Assembly: GCA_965215505.1 (NCBI GenBank)
Contig: OZ244065.1
Coordinates: 4,736,001-4,800,000 of the forward strand
Length of the DNA stretch: 64,000 nt
Origin: Capsulimonadaceae bacterium
GTDB taxonomy: Bacteria > Armatimonadota > Armatimonadia > Armatimonadales > Capsulimonadaceae
Reading direction: 5' to 3'
Both the position numbers and the translations under genes were made by a program. The number at the start of each line of letters is the position of its first letter. The stretch's first letter is position 1. Under the pieces are notes generated by a model. It was given only the letters and a program-made list of their open reading frames with translations. It was not told the DNA's origin and ran no database searches. Shown here piece after piece: positions 10,031-19,546 of this stretch.

Positions 10031-11077
10031 ATGTCCTCATCACCCAAAATCGGTCTCGGCGTCGTCGCCGCCATCGTCCTGCTGGCCCTGCTCCGCTTCC
10101 AGCCCTGGCACCACGCCCAGAACGCAGCAGACAACACCGTCCACTCCGGCCCCAACACCGCCGCCCGGCAGGAGCTGACCGTCGGCTTCCTGCCCGTCAC
10201 CTGCCACCTGACCTGCCCGGTCACCGATTACGCCTCGCACCAGAGTACGACCGGGACGAATTTCAACTCGCAAAGGTTCACCGACTTCCCCACCGTCGCC
10301 GCCGCCGTCAAGGCCAAAAAACTTCAGGCGACGTTCATGATCGTCCCGCTCGCCATGAAACTGCGCGAACAGGGCGTCCCCGTCAAGATCTGCTACCTGG
10401 GCCACCGCGACGGGTCGGAGATCGTCGTCGCCAAGAACAGCCCCGCCAAGAGCCTGCGCGACATGATCGGCAAGACCTTCGCCATCCCCAGCCCCTACAG
10501 CAACCAGAACCTGGTCCTGCACGAGCTGATGCACAAGCAAGGGATGTCCCCCACCGACATCAACTGCATCCCGCTCCCGCCCGCCCAGATGCCCACCGCC
10601 CTCGCCAGCGGCAAGATCGACGGCTACTTCGTCGGCGAGCCGTTCTGCGGCAAGGCCGAGATGGACGGCACGGGCCGCGTCCTCTACTACGCCAAGGACG
10701 TCTGGCCGCACTTCATCTCCTGCGCCCTCGTCGTCCATGAGGACCTGATCCGGGACCACCCCGACCAGGTGCGCGACCTTGTCACCGGCATCGCCCGCTC
10801 GGGCGCGTGGGCCGACGCCCACCGCTTGGAGGCCGCCAAGATCGTCGCCCCCATGTACCACCAGAACCAGAAGTTATTAGAGTTCGTCCTGACCCAGCCC
10901 AAAGACCGCGTCAGCTACTCCATGCTGACGCCGAGCAAAGAGGACTTGCAGGCCATCGCCGACGCCGCCCTGGACCAGAAGGTCCTGACCAAGCCTTGCA
11001 ACGTCGCCGACCTGATGGACCTCGACTTCATCCCCAAAGACATCCAGCCCGCCGACATCAAGGTGGCGGCCAAGTAG
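10031..11077 (+). CDS. ABC transporter substrate-binding protein (NMT1/NrtA-like)
   Basis: N-terminal anchor; VGFLPVTCHLTCP, IDGYFVGEPF; adjacent to permease and ATPase. Confidence 0.88.
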   Translation: MSSSPKIGLGVVAAIVLLALLRFQPWHHAQNAADNTVHSGPNTAARQELTVGFLPVTCHLTCPVTDYASHQSTTGTNFNSQRFTDFPTVAAAVKAKKLQATFMIVPLAMKLREQGVPVKICYLGHRDGSEIVVAKNSPAKSLRDMIGKTFAIPSPYSNQNLVLHELMHKQGMSPTDINCIPLPPAQMPTALASGKIDGYFVGEPFCGKAEMDGTGRVLYYAKDVWPHFISCALVVHEDLIRDHPDQVRDLVTGIARSGAWADAHRLEAAKIVAPMYHQNQKLLEFVLTQPKDRVSYSMLTPSKEDLQAIADAALDQKVLTKPCNVADLMDLDFIPKDIQPADIKVAAK

Positions 11078-11150
11078 CAAGGTACCGGCAAAATAGATGG
11101 TATACTCGTTCCAGCCCGGCCCACACGCCGGGCTGGAATCGCGAGTAGCC

Positions 11151-12224
11151 ATGAACATCCAGAAGTCCACCCAGGCTTACGAGGCCTGGCTCGCCCAGCA
11201 CACCACCCTGGTGCCATCCGACCTCGCCTTCAAGCACGAGCAGATGGCCGAGGGCGCGTTCCCCTTCCTCCGCTCCACCTTCTATCGCTGGGCGCAGGTC
11301 TTCCCCAAGGCCTGCCCCGAACTCGTCAAGGCACCCGTCCTGCTCGCCGTCGGCGACCTGCACATCGAGAACTTCGGGACCTGGCGGGACGCCGAGGGCC
11401 GCCTGATCTGGGGCGTCAACGACTTCGACGAGGCGCACGAGATGCCCTACACCCTCGACCTCGTCCGGCTGGCCGCCTCCGCCCACCTCGCCGACGGCCT
11501 GCGCTGCCGGGCCGAGGCCGCCGCAGGCGCGATCCTCGACGGCTACTCGGCCGGCCTGAAGGCCGGCGGCAAGCCGTTCGTGCTGGCCGAGGACCACGCC
11601 TGGCTCCGCACCGTCGCCGTGCAGCACCTCGGCGACCCCGTGCAGTTCTGGAAGAAGATGGGCGGCCTGCCCTCCGTGGATGACGGCCTCCCCGCCAGCG
11701 CCCGCGAGGGCCTGGAACACCTCCTGCCCAAGCCCCGCCCTCCCTACCGCGTCGCCCGCCGCCGGGCCGGCCTGGGCAGCCTGGGCCACATGCGCTTCGT
11801 CGGCCTGGCCGAGCGCGCGGGCGGACAGGTCGCCCGCGAGGCCAAGGCCCTCGTCCCCTCCGCCTGGCTGTGGGCCGAGAACCATCAAGGCCCGCTCGAA
11901 ATCCTCTACCAAGCACTCCTCACCCGCGCCGTCCGCTGCCCCGACCCGTTCGTCGAGCTGCGTGGCCAGTGGATACTGCGCCGGCTGGCCCCCGACTGCA
12001 CCCGCGTTCCACTGGAGGGTCTCGGCACCGAGGACGACGAGCTGCGCCTCCTGCGCGCGATGGGCTGGGAGACGGCCAATATCCACCTCGGCAGCCCCGA
12101 CGCCATCAAAGCCGTCCTGAAAGACCTAAAAAGCCGCCCCGCCGGTTGGCTCCGGGCCGCCGCCGAAGCCATGTCCGAGGCCACCGAGCGCGACTGGCGG
12201 GAGTGGAAGAAGTCGGGTTCTTAG
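11151..12224 (+). CDS. DUF2252 family (kinase-like) protein
   Basis: FPFLRSTFYRW, GDLHIENFG, GVNDFDEA, RRAGLGSLG. Confidence 0.85.
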   Translation: MNIQKSTQAYEAWLAQHTTLVPSDLAFKHEQMAEGAFPFLRSTFYRWAQVFPKACPELVKAPVLLAVGDLHIENFGTWRDAEGRLIWGVNDFDEAHEMPYTLDLVRLAASAHLADGLRCRAEAAAGAILDGYSAGLKAGGKPFVLAEDHAWLRTVAVQHLGDPVQFWKKMGGLPSVDDGLPASAREGLEHLLPKPRPPYRVARRRAGLGSLGHMRFVGLAERAGGQVAREAKALVPSAWLWAENHQGPLEILYQALLTRAVRCPDPFVELRGQWILRRLAPDCTRVPLEGLGTEDDELRLLRAMGWETANIHLGSPDAIKAVLKDLKSRPAGWLRAAAEAMSEATERDWREWKKSGS

Positions 12225-12259
12225 AGCGGGGGTGTCTGCTATCACCGGGGATTGAGGCA

Positions 12260-12685
12260 ATGAGCAGCGGTGACAACCTGATAGCCAGTCGTCGGCAACT
12301 GCGCCTGTTCCGGGCGGCTCAGGCGGGGGACGTGCCGCTCGTGGAGCAGCTATTGGCGGAGGGATCTGACGTGGAAGGGCGAAACAGCGCCTCCCTGTCT
12401 GCGCTCCACTTCGCCGCCGCCAGCGGGCAATCGGGGGCTGTCAGATGCTTGCTCAGGCATGGCGCGGACGTCAACGCCGCAAGTCATATCGGATTATCCC
12501 CGCTGATGATTGCGGCGCGCGACGGTCATGCGGAGATCGTCAGCCTACTGATAGAGGCCGGGGCCGACATCCGGGCGACCGTTGCCACCGTTCCAGAAGC
12601 CCGCGACCATGCAGGCCGGAGTGCTTTGTCACTGGCCTCCGACAGCCAGATCATTGCCCTCTTGGAACAGCCCCGATCTGCTTGA
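12260..12685 (+). CDS. ankyrin repeat protein
   Basis: SALHFAAASGQ, SPLMIAARDGH, GADVNA. Confidence 0.85.
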   Translation: MSSGDNLIASRRQLRLFRAAQAGDVPLVEQLLAEGSDVEGRNSASLSALHFAAASGQSGAVRCLLRHGADVNAASHIGLSPLMIAARDGHAEIVSLLIEAGADIRATVATVPEARDHAGRSALSLASDSQIIALLEQPRSA

Positions 12686-12868
12686 GTGCCTGTGGGTGTC
12701 CCCTGCCCTTCCGGGCCGGGGTTGAAGAGCATCACGCCGAAGGTTACGCCATCCACTAGACTTCTTCTGCTCGCGCCTCCTAGTCGCTGCGCTCCATAGC
12801 GGAGTGAAAGGTGGGGAGTTGCAAGGCTAAAGTACGGGGGTTCAGCCCCGTGCCTCCCCCACCGACAA

Positions 12869-12901
12869 ACGGCCCCCGGCACTTCAAGTGCCGGGGGCCG
12901 T
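12869..12901 (-). terminator. intrinsic terminator of the azoR operon
   Basis: 15-bp perfect stem ACGGCCCCCGGCACT/AGTGCCGGGGGCCGT just after the azoR stop. Confidence 0.7.
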
Positions 12902-12917
12902 CTCGCCCTGCCTCAAC

Positions 12918-13694
12918 CTACTTCGCCGACACCAGTGCGGCGATCTTCGCCCGCGCCTCCGCGAGCGCGCCGTTCGTCACGTCGTCGCCCCCCGCTGTGT
13001 TGTTGACGTGAATGAACTCCAGGTCCGTGACTCCCATGAAGCCGAAGACGTTTTTGACGGTGGGGTCCTGCACGTTGTAGGCCTCGCGCGCCTCGCCCGG
13101 CCCGTAACCCCCGCCGCCGCGCGCGGTCACGACGATGGCCTTCTTGTTCTTCAGCAGACCCTCATAGGTGGCCGGGTTGAACGTCTCGCCCGCCCGCGCG
13201 ACCTGGTCAATGTAGGACTTGAAGACGCCAGGGACGCTGAAGTTGTACATGGGGATGCCGATGACATAGACGTCGGCTGCCTTCAGCTCGGCGATCAGCT
13301 CGTCGGAGAGCGCCAGCACGGCCTTCTGCTCGGGGGTGCGGGCCTCGGCGGGCGTGTACATGGCGTAGATGAACGGCTCGGAGACGTAGGGAATCTCCTG
13401 GTGGCCGAGGTCTCGGTAGGTTACGGTCGCGGTCGGGTCGGCGTCCTTCATCGCCTGGACAAGCTCGCCGGAGATCGTCCGGGAGTGGGAAGCGCTGCCG
13501 CGGGCGCTGGAGTCAAGGTGCAGGATGTGTGTCATCGTCGTTCCCTTCGGTGTCTCTTTACTGGGTGCCTCTTTGATCGTTTCCATCGTCGCGGGCGGCG
13601 CGGCGGTGTCCTTCCGGGCGTACCTCCAGAGGAAATAGCCCCCGACGGCCGCCCCGGCGAGCAGGGCGACGTTGCGGGCTGTCTTGTCAGCCAT
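12918..13694 (-). CDS. azoR: FMN-dependent NADH-azoreductase (alternative start at 13535)
   Basis: ILHLDSSAR, YRDL, PMYNFSVPGVFKSYIDQV, TARGG. Confidence 0.9.
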   Translation of the reverse strand: MADKTARNVALLAGAAVGGYFLWRYARKDTAAPPATMETIKEAPSKETPKGTTMTHILHLDSSARGSASHSRTISGELVQAMKDADPTATVTYRDLGHQEIPYVSEPFIYAMYTPAEARTPEQKAVLALSDELIAELKAADVYVIGIPMYNFSVPGVFKSYIDQVARAGETFNPATYEGLLKNKKAIVVTARGGGGYGPGEAREAYNVQDPTVKNVFGFMGVTDLEFIHVNNTAGGDDVTNGALAEARAKIAALVSAK

Positions 13695-14766
13695 TGGCGT
13701 GATCTGTCCTTTCAGCGGTTCGTGGCTTGTCGAAAAGGGGGGACTGCCTCACGAGAGGCGCGACGCGGCTGCCGATCAGCTCGATCGCGCGCATCAGCTT
13801 TTCATGAGGGAGCGAAGCGTTGTCCATCTGGAACGAGACGCGCGAGACCCCGCCCAGGGCCGCGCTGTGCCGCAGAATCTTCTCGGCAACTTCTTCCGGG
13901 CCGCCGACCAGCAAGGCCCCCTTCGGCCCCGCCTGCGCGTCGAACTGGGCGCGCGTCACCGGCGGCCAGCCGCGCTCCTTGCCGATCTTCGTGAAGGTGT
14001 GGGCGTAGCCGGGGAAGAACTCGTCGGCGGCCTCCCGCGTCGTCTCCCCCACATAGCCCAAGGAGTGCAGGCCGACCTTGAGCTGATCGGGTGCGTGGCC
14101 CGCCCTCCTGCCCGCCTCCCGGTACAACTCGACCAGCGGGCCGAACCGGTGCGTCTCCCCGCCGATGATCGCCACCATCAGCGGCAGCCCCAGAGTCCCC
14201 GCCCGGACGAACGATTCGGGCGTCCCGCCCACGCCCAGCCAGATCGGCAGCGGGTCCTGCACGGGGCGCGGGTAGATGCCCTGGCCCGTCAGAGGCGCGC
14301 GGTGCCGGCCGGACCAGTGGACGTGTTCGTTCGCCCTGATGTTGAGCAGCAGATCCAGCTTCTCCGTGAAGAGCGAGTCATAGTCGTTCAGCTTCAGGCC
14401 GAACAGCGGGAACGACTCGGTGAACGAGCCGCGCCCGACCACCATCTCCGCCCGGCCCTCCGAGATCAGGTCGAGCGTGGCGAACTGCTGGAAGACCCGC
14501 ACAGGGTCGGCCGCACTCAGCACCGTCACCGCGCTGGTCAGCCGGATGCGCCTGGTGCGCGCCGCCGCCGCCGCCAGGATGACGGCGGGGGCCGAGTCGA
14601 GGAACTCCGGGCGGTGGTGTTCCCCGATCCCGAACACGTCCAGGCCCACCGCGTCGGCGTGTTCGACCCGCTCAAGCAGCCGGCCCATCGCTTCGGGCGC
14701 GCTGGCCTGGGTGCCGGTGGCTTCGTCGAAGAACGCCGCCGCGAAGCTGTCAATCCCGAACTGCAT
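13687..14766 (-). CDS. LLM-class flavin-dependent oxidoreductase (luciferase-like)
   Basis: FGIGEHHR, LSAADPVRVFQQFATLD, GVGGTPES. Confidence 0.92.
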   Translation of the reverse strand: MQFGIDSFAAAFFDEATGTQASAPEAMGRLLERVEHADAVGLDVFGIGEHHRPEFLDSAPAVILAAAAARTRRIRLTSAVTVLSAADPVRVFQQFATLDLISEGRAEMVVGRGSFTESFPLFGLKLNDYDSLFTEKLDLLLNIRANEHVHWSGRHRAPLTGQGIYPRPVQDPLPIWLGVGGTPESFVRAGTLGLPLMVAIIGGETHRFGPLVELYREAGRRAGHAPDQLKVGLHSLGYVGETTREAADEFFPGYAHTFTKIGKERGWPPVTRAQFDAQAGPKGALLVGGPEEVAEKILRHSAALGGVSRVSFQMDNASLPHEKLMRAIELIGSRVAPLVRQSPLFDKPRTAERTDHANG

Positions 14767-15175
14767 TGTAGTTCCCCGCGCGCACCGTCTCCGGGCTGTC
14801 CACCCGCATGGCGAAGACGCCCGCGAAGGCGGACCGCACGCTGTAGAAGACGATCCCCCAGAGGATCAGCGTCACCAGGCCGGGCGGCAGGCCCTTCGGG
14901 TCCAGCAGGGTGTGATACAGCAGGATGCTCACGATGACCGGCCCGAGCAGCACCAGCGCGATGGGGACGAAGCGGTTGGCAAGAAGCAGCGCGCCGCCGA
15001 TCGTCTGGAGCAGGAACACCGGCACCATGAAGTGCGAGCTGCCCAAGGCCGAAAGGAACTTCAAGCCCTCGGGCGGGGGCGGCGGCTGGGGGAGGAAATG
15101 GAAAAACCCGTTCAGCCCGAAGACCAGAAACATCAGGCCGAGCAGGTTGCGCGCGATGAGCATGACGATTTTCAT
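14750..15175 (-). CDS. DoxX family membrane protein
   Basis: ARNLLGLMFLVFGLNGFF; four TM segments. Confidence 0.8.
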   Translation of the reverse strand: MKIVMLIARNLLGLMFLVFGLNGFFHFLPQPPPPPEGLKFLSALGSSHFMVPVFLLQTIGGALLLANRFVPIALVLLGPVIVSILLYHTLLDPKGLPPGLVTLILWGIVFYSVRSAFAGVFAMRVDSPETVRAGNYNAVRD

Positions 15176-15376
15176 GGGGACCCTTTCACGAACAGTGCGA
15201 TGCGTGTATTCCGGAACCGCGCGGCTCCGGTGTATTGATTATGTTCCCAATACTTTAATTTGTCAAGCGCATTATAAAATAACACACAAAGTATATTCAT
15301 GTCCTGATGGGGTGAGGTACAATGGGGGCAGAGTGAGTAGGCGTTCCTCCCGGAATCAGAGAGCGAGTGGCTGAGG

Positions 15377-15787
15377 ATGAGAGTTCAAGATGAGGTTAAG
15401 GACCACAGGGAATTTGAGAACCATGAGGCTGACAGTGCGGTGCCACACTGCCCCGCCTCGGCCTTCATCCGGGGTGCCCTGCTGCTCCAGGAAAAATGGG
15501 TCCTGATGATCGTCTATAGTCTGGGGGGCGGGGCGGTCGGCTTCAGCGAGCTGATGCGCCGGGGCGGCATCAACACGACGACACTCACCCAGCGGCTCAA
15601 CCTCCTGGAACAGGCGGGGGTACTCGTCAGGACGGTCCATTCAACCATGCCGCCCCGGACGAGCTACGAGCTGACCGAGGCCGGGCAGGCGCTCCGCCCC
15701 GTCTTGGAAGCCATCACGGAATGGAGCGGGACCTATCTGCCTGCTCGGGAGGCGGCGGAAGTGTGTTCGGGGGCGGACACTTCTTAG
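15377..15787 (+). CDS. HxlR family winged-helix transcriptional regulator
   Basis: HCP...KWVLMIV...FSEL...TLTQRL...PPRTSYELTEAG; divergent from the DoxX-LLM-AzoR operon. Confidence 0.9.
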   Translation: MRVQDEVKDHREFENHEADSAVPHCPASAFIRGALLLQEKWVLMIVYSLGGGAVGFSELMRRGGINTTTLTQRLNLLEQAGVLVRTVHSTMPPRTSYELTEAGQALRPVLEAITEWSGTYLPAREAAEVCSGADTS

Positions 15788-16067
15788 GGTTCCGTGGGTC
15801 CGCCCCGTCTGGAGCCGCCTCGCCTTGGAAAAGAAGGTTCATGGGGGGAGCGAATGGGAAAGAGAGAGCGGCATATCCCATCCACTCCCGAGGCGACCCT
15901 TCCGGCTGGCGTCACATGATGTAAGCCATAGCACATCCCAATGTTAAGTCAGCGTTAAAACAGCGACGCTCCCAAAGAACTTCTTTGCCGAAGCGCCTAA
16001 TCCGATGGATTGGCATGATTTATGCACTAGATAAATACTGGAAAACTACTGAGCCGAGGAAAAAATC

Positions 16068-16781
16068 ATGAGCGTTCCAGTCTCGACCCGAGTCTCAAGC
16101 CAATCTTCAAGCCAATCCTCGTCACAGGCGTCGGCCCACGCGGCGATCCGATATGCGCTCCCTCAAACGGGGACTTCGCGCGCCGACGCGGCGGCGCGAC
16201 GCGCCCTGGATCTGGCGGTTTCCGCCATCGCCCTGCTGCTGCTGCTGCCGCTCTTCGCCCTGATCGCCCTGGCGATCCGCCTCGACAGCCACGGCCCCGT
16301 CCTGTTCATCCAGCGCCGCGTCGGCAAGGACGGGCGCGAGTTCCCCGTCTTCAAGTTCCGCTCCATGTTCACCGACGCCGAGCAGCGCCTCGACATCCTG
16401 CTGGGCGCGAACGAGCGGAACGGCCCGGTCTTCAAGATGCGCCAGGACCCGCGCGTCACCCGCGTCGGCCGCATCCTGCGGAAGTGTTCCTTCGACGAGC
16501 TGCCCCAGCTCATCAACATCCTGCGCGGCGAGATGTCCCTGGTTGGGCCACGCCCCGCCCTCCCCCGCGAGGTCGCCCTGTATTCCCCCGAGCAGCACCT
16601 GCGGCTCTCGGTGACGCCCGGCCTGACCGGCTTGTGGCAGGTTTCGGGCCGCGCGAACCTCACCTTCGAGCAGGCGATGGACCTGGACCTGGAATACATC
16701 CGCCGCCAGTCCTTCGCCCTGAACGTCGTCCTGATCGCCCGCACCGTGCCCGCCGTCCTGACCGCGCACGGGGCCTACTGA
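16068..16781 (+). CDS. bacterial sugar transferase (priming glycosyl-1-phosphate transferase)
   Basis: FKFRSM, DPRVTRVGR, DELPQLINILRGEMSLVGPRP, PGLTGLWQVSGR. Confidence 0.93.
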   Translation: MSVPVSTRVSSQSSSQSSSQASAHAAIRYALPQTGTSRADAAARRALDLAVSAIALLLLLPLFALIALAIRLDSHGPVLFIQRRVGKDGREFPVFKFRSMFTDAEQRLDILLGANERNGPVFKMRQDPRVTRVGRILRKCSFDELPQLINILRGEMSLVGPRPALPREVALYSPEQHLRLSVTPGLTGLWQVSGRANLTFEQAMDLDLEYIRRQSFALNVVLIARTVPAVLTAHGAY

Positions 16782-16803
16782 CGGCCCTTTCCTTGCTTGC
16801 CCG

Positions 16804-16836
16804 AAAGGCCGCCGACAAGCTCTGTCGGCGGTCTTT
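16804..16836. terminator. bidirectional terminator-like hairpin
   Basis: AAAGGCCGCCGACA...TGTCGGCGGTCTTT between convergent genes. Confidence 0.6.
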
Positions 16837-16861
16837 CTTGTGGGAGCGCTCTGGGGAGGTC

Positions 16862-17680
16862 CTACCGCGGCCCCATGCCGAAGCCCATGCCGTAGTCGGC
16901 GTTGATGCGGATACGGGTAGCGGCCAGCACGCCGTCGTCGCCCGCCTTGCCGTTCGCCATCACCCGGTCCCCCGCCTTCAGGTCGCCCAGCTTCTCCGAG
17001 ACGTTCCGGCTCACCTTCACCGTCGGCCCGACCTTCAGCGTCACCAGGACGCCGTCCGCGACCGAGACCGTCAGCGGGCTGAGGCCCGTGATCGTGCCCG
17101 TCGCCTGCGCCGAGGCCGCCTGCGCCCCGCCCGGCTGCCCCGCTCCGGGCCGAGGCCCCATCGGCATCATGCCCGGCATCATCCCCATGCCGCCCCCGCC
17201 CATGTCGGCGCTGTCCCCCGCCGTGATCTGCGAGGCGGTGATGCCCGTCGGTACGCCCCGCACCTGGATCGTGTCCCCGACCTTCAGGTCCCCGACCGTC
17301 CCCTCCCGCGTCGCCGTGATCTTCGTCTCGCCCGTCACCCGCACCGTCTGCGGCGTCCCCCCGTTGAACATGGGGGCCAGCGTGACCGTCCCCGCCGCTG
17401 CGTCCACCGCCGTGACCGTGCCGTTCGCGAACGGCAGCCGCCCCATGCCGAAGGGATTGCCCCCGGTCATGTTCGGCCTGCCGCTCATCGGCACCCCGTT
17501 CGGCCCGCCCCCCATCGGCATCCCCGTCGTCGGCACGCCCGTCGGCGCGGGCGGCACCATCGGCCCGCCCCCGCCGAACTGTGCCCACGCCGCCGTGGTG
17601 AGCGCCGTGCCCGCCAGGAGCGCGGCGGCCACTGTCTTGCCGCTGCGTGTCATGCGTCGTGTCATGCGAAATCTTATCAT
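16862..17680 (-). CDS. secreted Gly/Pro/Met-rich protein with two DUF5666-like OB-fold repeats
   Basis: Signal peptide ending AWA; GDLKVGDTIQVRG and GDLKAGDRVMANG repeats. Confidence 0.65.
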   Translation of the reverse strand: MIRFRMTRRMTRSGKTVAAALLAGTALTTAAWAQFGGGGPMVPPAPTGVPTTGMPMGGGPNGVPMSGRPNMTGGNPFGMGRLPFANGTVTAVDAAAGTVTLAPMFNGGTPQTVRVTGETKITATREGTVGDLKVGDTIQVRGVPTGITASQITAGDSADMGGGGMGMMPGMMPMGPRPGAGQPGGAQAASAQATGTITGLSPLTVSVADGVLVTLKVGPTVKVSRNVSEKLGDLKAGDRVMANGKAGDDGVLAATRIRINADYGMGFGMGPR

Positions 17681-17762
17681 CAGTGCTGTTCCTCCGCCTG
17701 TTATACGCCCCCCCGCCGGGATTTGTTCGCCCCACAAGGGCCGTATCAGGTATAATGCTTCC

Positions 17763-18755
17763 ATGGTTCTGCCGATCACTGTCAACACCACATCACAAGA
17801 CCGCCCGATGAAAGCACTCCTCGCCAGCCCGCGCGGCTTCTGCGCCGGGGTAGACCGGGCCATTGATGTCGTCGAAGAATGCCTGGAGATCTTCGGTGCC
17901 CCCGTCTACGTCCGCCACGAGATCGTCCACAACGAACACGTCGTGGAGCGCCTGCGCCGCCGGGGCGCGGTCTTCACCGACGACCTCGCCGACGTCCCCG
18001 AAGGCAGCGTGCTCATCTTCTCCGCCCACGGCGTCTCCCCCGCCGTGCGGACCGAGGCGACGGCGCGCGGCCTGAAGGTCATTGACGCCACCTGCCCCCT
18101 CGTCACCAAGATTCATCTGGAAGTCCATAAGTTCCTCAAGCGCGGCTACGGCATCTTCTACATCGGACATAAAGGCCACGTCGAGACCGAAGGCACCCTG
18201 GGCGAAGCGCCGGGCCGCCTCCACCTCGTCACCGAAGTCTCCGAGGTCGCCGGCCTGCCCGAGCCGTCCGAAGCGAGATTGATCTACCTGACCCAGACCA
18301 CCCTCTCCATTGACGAGACCAGCGACATCGTGGCCGCCCTCCGCGCCCGCTTCCCGCGCCTGGAAGACCCGCCCACCGGCGACATCTGCTATGCCACCCA
18401 GAACCGCCAGGACGCCATCAAGGTCATCGCCCCCCGCTCCGACGTGGTGCTTGTCATCGGGTCGCAGACCTCCTCCAACACCAAGTCCCTGCGCCAGGTC
18501 GCCGAAACCCTCGGTGCCCGCGCCTACCTCATCGGAGGCCGCGAAGACATCACCGCCGACATGCTGGTTGACGCCCAGACCGTCGGCGTCACCAGCGGCG
18601 CCAGCGCCCCCGAAGACCGCGTCCAAGGCGTCCTGGACGAACTCGCCGCGCGGGGCGTCTCCGCCGTCGAGGAGATCAAGGTGCGCGACGAAGACGTCGC
18701 CTTCACCCCGCCCCGCGAGATGAAACTGCTGCGGATGGCGAAGATGGGAAGTTGA
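17763..18755 (+). CDS. ispH: 4-hydroxy-3-methylbut-2-enyl diphosphate reductase (alternative start 17808)
   Basis: PRGFCAGV, EIVHN, SAHGV, DATCPLV, ICYATQNRQ, SGASAP. Confidence 0.97.
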   Translation: MVLPITVNTTSQDRPMKALLASPRGFCAGVDRAIDVVEECLEIFGAPVYVRHEIVHNEHVVERLRRRGAVFTDDLADVPEGSVLIFSAHGVSPAVRTEATARGLKVIDATCPLVTKIHLEVHKFLKRGYGIFYIGHKGHVETEGTLGEAPGRLHLVTEVSEVAGLPEPSEARLIYLTQTTLSIDETSDIVAALRARFPRLEDPPTGDICYATQNRQDAIKVIAPRSDVVLVIGSQTSSNTKSLRQVAETLGARAYLIGGREDITADMLVDAQTVGVTSGASAPEDRVQGVLDELAARGVSAVEEIKVRDEDVAFTPPREMKLLRMAKMGS

Positions 18756-18806
18756 AGGCCGCGCCCACAGTTTGTGCGGTTAAACACTGTAGAGGGGGAA
18801 ACCAAG

Positions 18807-19037
18807 ATGCTGAGTCCGCTTGTCGAGCAAGAAATCTACCAACAACTCGAAGTCCTACCCACCAGTCAACAGCGCCAGGTCCTTGACTTCGCCCGCGCTT
18901 TGGCCCTCGCCCGACCGCGCGGCGTTCCAGGGCAGAGCCTGTTATCCTTGGCCGGCACCATAGATGCGCCTGATTTGGCCGTCATCTCCCAGGCCATCAA
19001 GGAAGACTGCGAACAGATAAACTCAGAAGGCTGGTAA
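18807..19037 (+). CDS. putative antitoxin (DUF2281-like)
   Basis: LPTSQQRQVLDFARAL; directly upstream of the PIN toxin. Confidence 0.7.
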   Translation: MLSPLVEQEIYQQLEVLPTSQQRQVLDFARALALARPRGVPGQSLLSLAGTIDAPDLAVISQAIKEDCEQINSEGW

Positions 19038-19041
19038 TCCC

Positions 19042-19443
19042 ATGCTGAGTGCCACTTCCCTCCGCTTCCTGCTGGATACTAACATCGTCATCGCGCTCTT
19101 CGCTCAAGAGGCCGCCGTGTTACAGCAGTTGAGCCAGGCCCTTGAGGTCTTCGTCCCGAGCATCGTCCTGGGCGAACTGTACTATGGGGCGGAGAAGTCC
19201 GCGAACGCCGCCACGAACGTCCTGCGGGTAAGTGAACTAGCGGGCCGAAGCGCGGTCCTGGCCTGTGACGCCGAAACCGCGCAGCACTACGGGCAGATCA
19301 AAAACCGGCTGCGCGCTAAAGGGAAGCCGCTGCCCGAGAATGACATCTGGATCGCTGCCCTGGCGTTACAGCATGGCTTGGTTCTAGTCACACGGGACGC
19401 CCACTTCAACGAAATTGCTGGCCTGTCTGTGGTTGCCTGGTAA
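19042..19443 (+). CDS. vapC: VapC-family PIN-domain toxin
   Basis: LLDTNIVI, VLGELYYG, NDIWIAA, LVTRDAHF. Confidence 0.92.
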   Translation: MLSATSLRFLLDTNIVIALFAQEAAVLQQLSQALEVFVPSIVLGELYYGAEKSANAATNVLRVSELAGRSAVLACDAETAQHYGQIKNRLRAKGKPLPENDIWIAALALQHGLVLVTRDAHFNEIAGLSVVAW

Positions 19444-19546
19444 TTTCGTTGGTCCTGTCGCATTGCAGCCGGCACCACTCCCCGCCCCTTGCCCTACAAC
19501 ACGGTACTGTTTGTCGTGTCTTCGGCTGATGCTAAGAGGCTTCGTC

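Noticed and set aside
16902-17762. Long N-terminal extension of IspH (617-aa ORF)
   Set aside because: It is the antisense of the minus-strand secreted protein; a TATAAT box directly precedes ATG 17763
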